Below are positions 51,932 through 64,000 of a stretch of DNA of 64,000 nt, in pieces; position 1 is the stretch's first letter, and each line of letters begins with the position of its first letter. The translations under genes and the position numbers were made by a program. Location of the stretch: positions 89,032,001 through 89,096,000 of the forward strand of contig OX597823.1 of NCBI GenBank assembly GCA_951406725.2, written 5' to 3'. The notes under the pieces are model-generated. The model was not told where the DNA came from, did not search any database, and saw only the letters and a program-made list of their open reading frames with translations. This DNA comes from Octopus vulgaris (lineage: Eukaryota).

Positions 51932-51935
<4 letters not shown>
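51780..51935. repeat. Interspersed repeat fragment, RTE-LINE UTR-like
   Basis: GC-richer block ccgaggcacaagt..gggcaag...ccaagggaaaggcaaaggccgatac between microsatellites. Family assigned by recognition only. Confidence 0.4.
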
Positions 51936-51990
<55 letters not shown>

Positions 51991-52039
51991 AATGTATATA
52001 TATATATATTTTTTTTTTAAATATAAGTTTATGAAAGAA

Positions 52040-52150
52040 TGGAGTTGAACGACTTGTTAACAAATTTCCTTTATTTTCGACATATGTTTCGAAGGCTGCA
52101 TATTCCTAATTCCGCAGGAATAAGGAGTACATTATGCAGATTTCTCATCA
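52040..52150 (-). ncRNA. Hammerhead-like motif with extended stem II (PLE pLTR end)
   Basis: Minus strand: gTGATGA-gaa..ctgcata..tcct.attcc/ggaat.agga.tatgcag..ttc-GAAAC-ATAT-GTC, then AATAAA. Confidence 0.5.
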
Positions 52151-52578
52151 CTTAGTCTATGCCCTAGGGACGTAACTTCAACCGTGTTCTTTCTGATGTC
52201 AATTTTGCTACCCAGGTATCGGTTATCTTTCGAATTATCGTTAATAAGATAATTCATTCAACTACTCATATATATATATATATAAACCTCCTTCTTATCT
52301 AACTCATGCTTGAAAGCATAGAAAAGGAACTTTCAACTCGAAATATGAAGACTTATTAAATATTTCTCGGGTAATATTTTAAGAACATTATTACTTTTGT
52401 TTTAAATGTTCTATTTGCTTTTCTACTGATTTCTATAACATATTCCTATCTTAAATCTTCCTGTATTTCCTATCAGCATATATCTTTATACACGCGCATA
52501 AGCTGTCACACCTACACATCCTGACACGAATACACATATCTATTTGTCTATCTATATGTCTATCTATCTATATATCTG

Positions 52579-52641
<63 letters not shown>

Positions 52642-52740
52642 TATATATGTATATATACATATATACATATATCTTATCCATCTATATATCTTTCTCTTTA
52701 TCTCTCCCTCATTCTGTATGTATGTGTGTGTATCTACGTG

Positions 52741-52780
<40 letters not shown>

Positions 52781-52981
52781 TAAGCATGCTTTAAATAAAT
52801 ATATATATGTGTGAGTCAATATATGCATATCAGATTGAATTTTTAAAGTCCCTAATCTTTGTGTAAGCACAACCACCCACACTCATATGGTTACGTATAC
52901 ATGAATATAATATGTATTAACCCACACATATATGGATATATGCTTACATGTATATATATATAGATGTGTATGTTTATATAT

Positions 52982-53077
<96 letters not shown>

Positions 53078-53753
53078 AATATATATGCATATATATATTT
53101 ATATTCATAACTCTATCTTAAAATTTCTATTTATGCAACCAATATACTCCTTCAAACATTATGTATTAAATATTTATTTATTCCAAAACAAATACATTAA
53201 TGAAATGCTAAAGTCTAAGGAAAGATAAAAGAATAGAAAATTGTTTTAAAATCTGAGGAAAAAAAGGATTATGACATTGCTACAGTTCGCATTTTTCAAG
53301 TATTTCTTTTAAAACAAGCATACAGAAAAAAAAAAAACCGAAGGAAAACATAAAATTTCAGTAAATCAAACCAAACAATACGAAAAATAAAAAAGACCTT
53401 ACATTAAATTAACATGTCAATAAATGTGAATCATGCAACTGAAATTAAATTCTTCTCTTTCCACGAAGAGCACTGGCATTTCAAATATCTACAATATTTG
53501 TGAAATAATATAAAACACAAACTAAATATATTCACATTAGAGGCTTCCATTTTGTGAGAATTATACATTAATCATTATATTGGAGCCATATTCACTATAA
53601 AGAATGTCTCTTGGGATGCATGTTTCATAACGCACATCTTAAAATAAAATATTGCATTGCTTCGCCGTTGTTTTTTCCTTGTTTTAGTTTCCTTTATACA
53701 CGCATACAAACACACACGTACACACACATATACATAAATATATGTATGTATAC

Positions 53754-53789
<36 letters not shown>

Positions 53790-54837
53790 TTGTGTTTGTG
53801 TATGTGGCTTCATAATTAAATGTGTATTTATTTGAAATTATTTTGTTTTCATTTTCATATTTTTATGTATTTTTTTCATTTATTTTTTATTCCTATTTTT
53901 CCTCTTCCTGCCGAACTTTAATATTAGAAATACAACCTCATCAAGAAAACGTATTATCAAAGTAATATGGAGGCCTCTGTGTCAAGAGTATCATTTATGA
54001 TATCATGGTTATTCAATTATTTTTGTATGTGGTGTTTCATATTTTAAACTTTTCCGTGTTGCATAACCTGCACGATTACATTTTAGAGGATGATTAGACG
54101 TAGCATTCTCTACCTGGTCATTTTTACAGCTAAAAACTGCAGCCAATTCCTCTTGAAACAACACTATATAGTTTTGAGTAACTGAAACCTAGGTATACGG
54201 GGCACTGAAATAGTTACAACTAGAATGCCTCTCATTTCAGTAAATCAAATTGTCTTTCCAGATCAGCGCTGAGCTAGGGTGAAACAATTAGGGAATAATT
54301 CGTAGTGACCTCTGTACTGTTGCTTATGAATGTTGAAAGATTTAAATCTCATGTCGCCAGTTCAGACATCTGTAAATGCGAATCCTCTGGTATTGTGCAT
54401 GTTTTTATTTCTTTTCCTTGACTAATTTTGTATTGTAAATTGAACTGAGATCGCCCTGGTAATTAATTCACGAAATGAAAATATGTTTTATATTCTTCTC
54501 AGTAGTTTCAAGCATGCAGATATACACACATATACGGAAGCACGCACACAAACACAAACGCACAAATACACGTACATACATACAATCTAAAATATTTTCT
54601 GTATTTATTTATGTTATTTGGGTTATTTTATTTTTATGCTTCTAGTTTCCACTGATTCATCAGACGTACGTTCCAAGATATCTCAGAATTGATTATTCTG
54701 TTCTTTTATCTGATATCCATTATATAATCTTATTATAATTTTATCGAATCTACATTATATAATTTCATTATTTAAAACGATGTTATTTTTAACTGGGAAC
54801 GAATGTGAATATACTGAAATTAGCTAGATGAATAAAT

Positions 54838-54861
54838 ATTGCGTGCGCGTGCACACACACA

Positions 54862-54929
<68 letters not shown>

Positions 54930-54930
54930 T

Positions 54931-55023
<93 letters not shown>

Positions 55024-55035
55024 TATATATGTATA
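54838..55035. repeat. (TA)n/(CA)n microsatellite
   Basis: Direct inspection. Confidence 0.95.
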
Positions 55036-55699
55036 AGCATTCATATGCATATATACACTCTATACATGGCGTGGGATGTGAAATAATCTATTAAAATATT
55101 GACAGGGATCCACAGTTCCTAAGCTTGTTGGTCGTAAATCACAGTTTATCTGCCCAGTTATCTTGCTGCGGCGTGAAATGAAATAAAACTGACGTCTAAC
55201 GGAGAATCTATGGGAGCTCCATTTGTCAGTATAAGTTACCCGAGTAAACTGACAATGCAGTGATAGCAGATTAATCTATATGTTGCTTTATGTTGTGCCA
55301 GTGGCGAGGTTATTAGTCAAGGTGTATCAGGTTACTCATCAACGTATCAGCGACATCATATACACAGAAACTTGTTACTGCTACAGCAGGTTACTCTTGT
55401 GAATTTGTATTAAATACGCCACCCTGCCGGTCAATAGCAGCGGAGAGTGTCTTTTTATAAGCAATTTCATATGAGCCAGCTAGAATCAAAATGACTCTCT
55501 AGGAAAAGTCGCGGTCCGCGGTTTGGAGCTCATTTGCATACTGTCGTTTATGACAATACATTTGATCGGATTTTATAGCTGATGGTTACTAGAAGCCGTT
55601 GTAGAATGTGGAGATTCTTGTGAAGACACACTTGACAATTTCAAGCGTCAAGCATGAAGATACTCTACAAATAATATTCGATATAATGTTGGTGAAATC

Positions 55700-57045
55700 G
55701 TTTCCTTGGTCCGAAATAACCTAGATTCACATAGCATCACACAGCCCCAATCTGACACCTCCACACTTCTTCGACTGGCCAAACTTATTCTCTCCCTCAA
55801 CTGCTTCTCGTTCACTGGGGATTTTTCCCAACAGCTATGGGAGTGGCCATGGGAATGAGAATGGCCCCCAACTCAGCGAACCTGTTCGTTGGGTACATTG
55901 AGGGTCAAATATTCTCACGATTCGCTGGTCCCACTCCCGAACTATACGGTTGTTATATTGATGACTGTATCGGTGCAACTTCACTCTCCCGCGAACCACT
56001 AGACTCCTTCCTCTCATTGTCCAATCATTCCCTCCTGCCGTCGAAATTCTCCTGCACTATTTCCAACACTTCCGTCGTATTTTTCGACATTTGTTTCAAC
56101 CTACACCACTCCTCTCTCACTACCTCATTCTACTAGAAACACTGACTCACACTTAACCTCTCCTCCTCCCAACCTAACCACACCAAGCTCTCTATCCCCT
56201 ACTTCCAATTCCTCCGTCTGCGCAGGCTTTGCAGTGACAACCATGGCTTTGATACTCAGTCTCAACTCATGGCTCGCTACTTCTTTCTTCTTGGTTATCT
56301 TCTCACCACCATCCACACAGTCCTTGCCAAGGCGCGTTCCGTGGACCATGCCTCTGCCCTCTCTCCCCACCGCCCCGCCGTTGCCCGTCTCTCGTTTCCC
56401 CTCATTACCACCCCACCTTCCTGCTCCTCCAACGTACCATTCTCCGAGCCTTCCGACGACTCCAGTCCCAAGCTCCACATCACCCATCTTCCCCAACCTA
56501 CCAACTTCCCACCTTCAAATGAGCCTACAACATGCGTGCCTTCCTGGTCTACAGTTCCTTAACACACCACGTGGCCCGGCCCGTTCCCCTGTTCCCGCCC
56601 ACGCTGCCGCAGTGCCCCTACCTCTCCCACACCACCATCTTCACAGGCACCCATCATCGTTCCTATCCATATCACCGATATCTTTACCTGCACTTCAAGC
56701 AACGATATTTACAGTTTCTCCTGTTCTTTCTGCCCCTCTCTGTACATCGGTCAAACGGGACGATGATTGTCTGACTGGTTCGCGGAGCACCTTCGAGAGA
56801 TCAGACGCGGCAATGACACCCCGGTCTCGCGCCATTTCCGCTCTATCAGTCATTGACTACAACACCCGATCGTGTTCAGATTGTCTTTGCACAGGGGTCA
56901 TCCGGACTCCCGCCTTCCCTGTGGACAGGAATTAGTCTTCTTTCTTCGCTCCTTTGCACCACATCTTAACTCTCCTCTTCTCTACATCTGGCACGTACTT
57001 CCTCTCTTCCCTCCCACCCACCTATCCTCTCCTCTCTTCATTTGA
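55700..57045 (+). mobile_element. Penelope-like element (Neptune/Poseidon-type) relic: RT and GIY-YIG with frameshifts and stops
   Basis: LNCFSF..., GVAMGMRMAPNSANLFVGYIE, YGCYIDD, SIPYFQFLRLRRLCS, NDIYSFSCSFCPSLYIGQTGR*LSDWFAEH...PVSRHF. Confidence 0.92.
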
Positions 57046-58069
57046 CACCTACTTCGTGAGAAGCAAACAACAGAAAATACATACCATTAAAGGGCGGATA
57101 CAAATCATTCCCTATATTGTATGTCAATCCAAAGAATGCGTGAACTCCAGGTCGTGGAACAAGACATTTTTTCCCGAAGAATCTGTCTTCCTTGACGAAC
57201 ACACAACTACATGATTTCAAACCTATCTTCTTAACCAGGCTATGGGCATAAAAAGAACAATAAACAGCAGAATAAACAATTTCAATGTCAAAGCGTTAAT
57301 GTACTCTAATGTATCTTGTTTGAAATACATTACAGTTACTTTAAGAGCAAAGTATAGTGAAAATATAGAATAGATGGATCACTTTGTAAATGATTACAAA
57401 TCTAGACATACTTAGAGGGGCGGCGATTCAAAGAGTAATTTAAAGTTGAAAGTGCAAATATATAGAATAACGTAATGATAAGTCTTAAAAGATATATAAC
57501 ACCCTATTTTGTTTTTCACCAGTGTAAAAAAGAAGTGTTAAACCGAGGTTTATATCGTTTAGATATAAAAAGAAAAGTGCTCCGCAAATGATATAAAATA
57601 GTTTTATACATTTTAAAGCAATATATCTAATGTCATCATTATCAAAGATACGTAAATTGAGATATATATCAACAGTAGTTGTCGTGATCAATTTTCAAAT
57701 GGAATTGTTGGGTTATCTCTTGATGAAGTGAAGCCAAGGGTGTAGTATTTGCGTCAATTGTTTTAGATAGATTAATGGCAGCCAGTTCATTGAAGATAGC
57801 AAGTCAATATCATGAACAGAATTCAGAGATTTCAATGTGATTGAACAGATTTTTGAATTAATGAGATTTTAACACATCTCTGTGATTCACTATTAATAAC
57901 TACAGTCAACCATCAACCGTCAACTTTATTCAATGCACTTAACCCATCATATAACACCCAAGTCACTCAACAAAGAAAAATACACAGATGAACTAATTTT
58001 TGATGTTATCCGAAAGTTCACGTATTCATGGTTGGATGCAGACGATAATAACAATGATAATAGTATAAT

Positions 58070-61000
58070 ATTGCTTTCTAAAATTTTCGCAAAGATGGAG
58101 ATTTAGAAAGAAGGAACAGTAACAGACGATTATATTGGCACTACTAATTGACTACTACATTATTTCTTTACTCCTGCAAAGATGAATGGCAAGAATTAAC
58201 CCGGGTGTGATTTGAACCCAGAACGTAAAAGAGCGTAACTAGATTAGATACCGTTATATACTTTGTACGAATATCTAACGATTCTGCCAATTTACTGCTT
58301 TTGATGATAATCGTGATTATAATACTTTCTTACGTAGGAACAAGGTTAGAAATCGGAAGGGAGAATACAGTCGGTTACAACGCCTAAGTTCATCACTGTA
58401 TTTTATTGATAAAAGCTGAAGTCGACATCGGCGAAATTCGATCTCAGAATATAAAGGTGAAGAACAGACAACACACAGTAGTCTTCCCGATGTTCTAACT
58501 TTTCTGCTTATCTCCCAATAACATAATCGTTTCTGATACAGGCTTAAATACAAAAATTTGGGAAGCATTAGTTAAATATATCGATTTCAAATATCGGCAC
58601 AAGGCCGGCAGTTTAGGGAGAAAGATAAGGCGAATACATAGACCCCAGTGCTCAACTAATTTTACTTATTTTATCGAACCCGAAAGGATGAAAGGCAAAG
58701 TCGACTTCAGTAAATGTGAACACGGAACATAAAGACAGACAAAATGCCGCTAAGCAATTTTCCCAGCGTGCTTATGATTCTACCAGCTTTTTCCTTGGGT
58801 TATTTAAATATATCAACCTCATTTATTAACTGGTGTTTAATTTATAGTTTCTGAAAGAATACGTCCTAAGTTGTCTTTGCCTGGATTTGAATTCGAAATA
58901 TTAAGAGCTGGAGCAAATAATACATGGCATCCTAGACGAGGCTCTAATTATTCCGCCTTCTGCCACCTTTGATGATTATAGTAATTCCTTCACATTTTGG
59001 CTGAAAGCTAGTAATTTTAAGAGTAGGGGGCATGTCCACTCCATCAATTTTAGTGCTTGGATGGTTCCTTATTTATGCATCCCCAAAAGAATGGAAGGCA
59101 AAGTTCCTCAAAAGTTACTTAGAATGTAAAAAACAGCAAGAAATTTTGTCAGACGGTCTACCAACTCTGCAAACTTGCCTCCTCAATAACAATAATTTCT
59201 TTCTTATTTTGGTAAAAGATAAGTAACTTCAGGAGAAGGGCCAAATAGACTACATGTACCCGAGTGCTCAACAGGTACTTATGTTATCGACCCCGAAATG
59301 ATAAAATGGGCAAAAGTCGCCCACGACAGAATTCTACTTAAAACAGTAGAAGAATTCTACTTAAAACAGTAGAAGAAGCACTGCTAAGCATTGTACCCGC
59401 CGCTATAACAATTCTGCTAGCTCACCGTCTTACCTTCGATACGAGTAATATGAAAACGAATGATTTTCAACTTTAATACTGAGCTATAAACATATAAAGT
59501 GTGACTGCATGCGATTAATTCAGCCCTATATATTATATTAGCTATTTATTATATTGACCCCAGATAATTTAGAGTTAAAGCATATGTGAGCAGAATGTGA
59601 ATGTACAGGGGCGGGTATCTAAATGCTTTAAAGCATTTAGTCTTTCCTTGAACTGATTTTTTACTCTCACCGCTCTTGATAATAACTGATCGACCAAGTG
59701 GTTTGTGTTATTGAAGAACCAGACGAAAATTTTAAACAAAAGGGACCTGCTAAACTAAATCAGTATGATGGCGTTTAAATGAAGATATTAATATCACGAA
59801 GTCAAAAACATCGAAGTTATACGTCGTGAATCAAAACTAATTTGTCAAAGAGAAATAACTTCAGAAGCTCTCCGAAGTGCATAACTACAAAATACTACTT
59901 TATAAACTGTAAACTATCCATGTATTTCGTCTCAAGTTATATAACTAAATATCAGTTTACTACGTTTAAAATTATTGTCTAGTTTCACATAACGACGCAT
60001 GCATCGCTGGTGATAAATTATTTCAAAACATTCATTAAAGAAACGAATGAATTGAGTTGCAAAAATGGCAGTAATAGTAATATTGTTTGTAATTTAGGTA
60101 CAATGCCAACGATTTTGAGGGGAAGGGGAAATAGAAATCGATGTTGTTAACCCCAGGTCTTAAACTGTACTTTATTTTATAAAGTTACGTAATAAAAGGT
60201 AAAGCTAACCTCAGTGGCTTTTGAATTCAACATATAAAGACCCGTAACACTGTTTCGTATTAAGGTACAAGGTCGGTTTTTGAGAAGGAATAGTCGATGC
60301 CCAAGATTCCAGAACTAGAATACTGCTTTGTTTTAATGAATCGTTCAAAATGTAAATTTTAGTTAACCTCTGATTTTGAAGTCAGAAGTGGATTTAGAGC
60401 CAATTCCTCGAAGGAATAATTTTGACGCTCTGACGATTCTTCCAACTGGCAGCATTCTCATAAAAATGACAGTTATATTCTTTCTAATTTCGCCAGAAAC
60501 AAGCAATTGTCCGAGGTGGAGTATGCTGATTACATCGACTCAGTACTTGACTGATTCTTATTTTATCGAACACGAAATATAAAAACCAAATTCGATATCG
60601 ATGTCACCCGAACTCAGTAAGTAATATATCATGGAATATCTCAAAGCATTTTTCCGGCACCCTAACAATTTTGTCATTCCTCCACCTTAATAGTAAATAG
60701 TAAGTTTATTTAGTGGAGTCCATCGCATCAACCCCAGAGCTCAACTGGTACTTATTTTATCGACCTCTTGGGAATGAAAGGTAAAGAGGACCACGTTGGA
60801 ACTGAACTCAGCTTAAATACAAAAGAAATGCCACTAAGAATGTTGTCCGGTACAGAAACAACACTACCCGCTCGTCACCTTTCCCCATCTTCATAATCCT
60901 TTCTACTATAGGCACAAGGCCTGAAATTTTGTGGGAAGGGACAAGTAGATTACATTAATCCTAGTGCGCAACTAGTATTTATTTCATCGATCTCGAAAGG

Positions 61001-61992
61001 ATAAGAAGCAAAGTCGACCTCGGCGTAATTTGAACTCAGAACGAAATGCCACAAAGCATCTTGCCTGGCGTGCTAACGATTCTGCCAGCTCGCAACCTTA
61101 ATAATAGTAATACTCCTTTCTACAATTGACACAAGGCCTGAAATTTGGCGTGGGGTATAGTCGAATTCATCGACTCCAGTGCTCATCTGTTACTTATTTA
61201 ATCGACCCCGAAGGGACAAAGACAAAGACAAAGTCGACCTCGGCGAAATTTGGACTTGGAAGGTAAAGTTGGATGAAATGTCGCGAAGCATTTCACCCAC
61301 CTTGTTAATGATTCTACCAGCTCGCCGCCTGAATAATAATATTGATATTAATAATATAAAAAATCCAAGCATATGAATTTGAGTGGGGCTGAGAAGAATA
61401 GATTATAGCAACCGCAGTACTTGAGTGGTTATAATATTTATTAACTAAGAAAATTCTATTTTCGTAGGATTTGCACACGATGTAAATAAAAACAATAAAG
61501 GTTTTTGTACGTTTTTTGTTGTGTCCATGCATTTTCATTAACAATTTCTTCCATCTACGTTATCGATCATCTGAAAGTAAGTTGCAAAATTAAGAAACTG
61601 CACGATTGGAACCTCAAGGTATGTACAAATAAACATGGTTTAGGATATTAAAGAGGTAGTAATATCTAGTCATCTATGGATTATGATTACAAAAAAACAC
61701 TCAGAAGAAGATGTACAAAAATTAACTCTAATAAGCATGTGCGAACTAAAATCCATTTAGAACAATTACATACGCTTTGCAGCATTTCTTCGGCATATAA
61801 ACCAGTCGATGCATTAGCATTATATATAAATCTCAATACTTTGAATATTTATGCATCAAACATGAGCAAAACAAAACCTCTGCGGCAAAAAAGAAAACAC
61901 CTGTGAACAACATTGTACAAGTTCTGCAAATGTACACGGAATATACCGCTTAAAAACTTGCATAAGAGATTATATATTCAAGCTAAATAATA

Positions 61993-62052
<60 letters not shown>

Positions 62053-62099
62053 GTAATAATAATAATAATAATAACAATAATAACAATAATAATAATAAA

Positions 62100-62162
<63 letters not shown>

Positions 62163-62337
62163 TTCTACTATAGGCAAAGGGTCGGAAATTTGGTGGGAGG
62201 GGCCAGTGGAGTGGATCGACCCAAGTACGTTACTAGTACTTAATTTATCGACCTCCGAAAGTATGAAAGGCAAAGTCGACCTCAGCGGAATTTGAAATAA
62301 GAACGTAGCGTGCTAACAATTCTGCCAGCTAACCGCT

Positions 62338-62407
<70 letters not shown>

Positions 62408-62950
62408 CAACAACAGCAACAACAACAACAACAAAAACAACAACAACAACAATAATAATAATAATAATAATAATAATGATGATGATGATGAAAATCATGG
62501 TCATGATGATCATGATGATGATGATGATGATGATCATTTCAAATTTTTGTCCAAGGGTAGTTATTCCGGAGAGAGGGTAAGTCGATTATATTGTCCCCAG
62601 TTGTCAACGCCCCGAGAGGATAAATGTCAAAGTCAACTTCGACGGAATTTGAACAACTAAGAACATAAAGATAGATGAAATGTCACTGAGCATTCTGCCC
62701 GACGTGGTAACAATTCTGCCAGTTCGTTGCCTGAATGATATTAATAACCCACTATAGACACAAGGTCTGACATTGGGAGTGAGGGACAAATCGCTTAGAA
62801 TGACGCCAGTGCGTAAGTGGTTCATATTTTATCTACCACGAGAGAATGAAAGGCAAAGTCTACCTCGGCGGAATTTCAACTCTGAACATAAAGATGGACA
62901 AAATGACACTAAACATTTTTCCCGGTGCGCTAACGATTCAGCCAGCTCGC
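58070..62950 (-). mobile_element. Array of more than 15 family A SINE copies and fragments, all on the minus strand, interleaved with (AAT)n
   Basis: Repeated ggcacaaggcc..aaattt, gatgaaaggcaaagtcgacctcggcg.aatttgaactcagaac and tgctaacgattctgccagctcgcc (e.g. 58600-58790, 60900-61100, 61120-61330, 62160-62340, 62750-62950). Confidence 0.85.
61985..62535. repeat. (AAT)n/(AAC)n/(GAT)n microsatellites flanking a SINE
   Basis: Direct inspection. Confidence 0.95.
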
Positions 62951-63099
62951 CAAAAGTCGTATATTAGTAACGAAGAGAAATAATTGTCCAATGGTTTCCA
63001 ATACATATTTGATACGTAATACTTCCATGTGATTAAATAAAAATGAAACGGAACTTAGCTGGAATAGTGAACATCAGCATAAAAACTTACATTCAAGTC

Positions 63100-63620
63100 A
63101 GCTCTTCCATCAGCCAAGAGACCTCCCTGTATTGGGGGTCAGGCTTGCCAATACTCCATGTCTTTTTTGTATCGTGCAGTATGCTTACAATCATCCAGGC
63201 TCTTGCTTCCGATCCACCTCTTCATGACTCGGTCCACAACCATCTTTGACTGCTTCTTGCCCAAAAGATGATAGCTTTATGGACTTCATTCTCTAACATA
63301 AATGTCTTTGGACTGTCAACTATGCCACTACTTAATTGTTTGTAACCCCGAATTTGCAGCATATGCTGACTAAACTGCGAAAGTATCACGTCGCAAAGCC
63401 TTCTAATTTTACTTTATTGCTGTGTACATTGTCAAAGTTTTTGCCCTCACTAGATGACATATAATATAATATAGCAGTTTAATAGAGTTGAAGATCTTTT
63501 TCATTCTTATAAATGCTGTTTGTCCTTTGAGTAACTTCCCTGCAGCAACCTCCCTGATTTATTACTTGCCCTGAATTCTAGAAGTATTTTACTTATTCAA
63601 TATACATAGGTATTTAAACA
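63100..63620 (-). mobile_element. Decayed RTE-type LINE 3' fragment
   Basis: Minus strand TAFIRMKK, KVKLEGF and a QRWL-type C-terminal motif, interrupted by frameshifts. Confidence 0.5.
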
Positions 63621-63859
63621 CGTCATGATAATGATCAACCCGTCAGCACAAAGTGTAACAATTATATCCAGAGCTTAACAAAGATTTTATCACAAAAATA
63701 TATCGTGAAAGCTTTCAGTAATCCCCCTACGAGATCTGAAGAATGACGTGATAAACAAATAAAGCTATGTTTGCTAGATTTTCTGATTGTGCAATAAAAA
63801 TTTTAGCTGCTAATAAATAATGAAGTGATAATGTCTTTAATGATGTGATTAACTCTACT

Positions 63860-64000
63860 CAACAATATATTCTTGGTAAGCAGAAATACATCTTATTAGA
63901 TAGTACTTCTGCTTAATAGGATTGTAACCATGCTCGATCCACTTCTTCATAAGAAACCGAATGGATTTAGAAGGGGCCGGCCAACAACTGCACAAATCCT
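63860..64000 (+). mobile_element. LINE (RTE/RTEX-type) RT N-terminal fragment, running off the window
   Basis: VLLLNRIVTMLDPLLHKKPNGFRRGRPTTAQI, matching the LLNRI....D..L...QNGFR.GRST..QI motif. Confidence 0.8.

Noticed and set aside
56234-56935. 233-aa Pro-rich ORF as a host gene
   Set aside because: Largely an alternative frame of the C-rich Penelope relic; the RT and GIY-YIG motifs lie in other frames.

Overview
AT-rich, repeat-dense eukaryotic (animal) DNA. The SINE families and microsatellite load resemble an octopus/coleoid cephalopod genome (my recognition, not a database result). No convincing host protein-coding gene, rRNA, tRNA gene or CRISPR array is present, and almost all listed ORFs are microsatellite artefacts. 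The window is a mosaic of three tRNA-derived SINE families (often in single-orientation arrays), a 5'-truncated L1/Tx1-type LINE inside a (GATA)n tract, four Dong/R4-type fragments abutting (TAA)n tracts, and five Penelope-like (GIY-YIG) relics with several hammerhead-ribozyme-like motifs next to (TA)n. It also holds RTE and CR1 fragments, mariner relics, a tandem non-autonomous Helitron and a Merlin-like MITE carrying telomere-like repeats. The most interesting signals are a SINE whose 3' tail and stem-loop match the L1/Tx1 LINE 3' end, retroelement families partitioned by microsatellite type, a nested double inverted-repeat Penelope insertion, and a few unique islands with enhancer-like or exon-like features.
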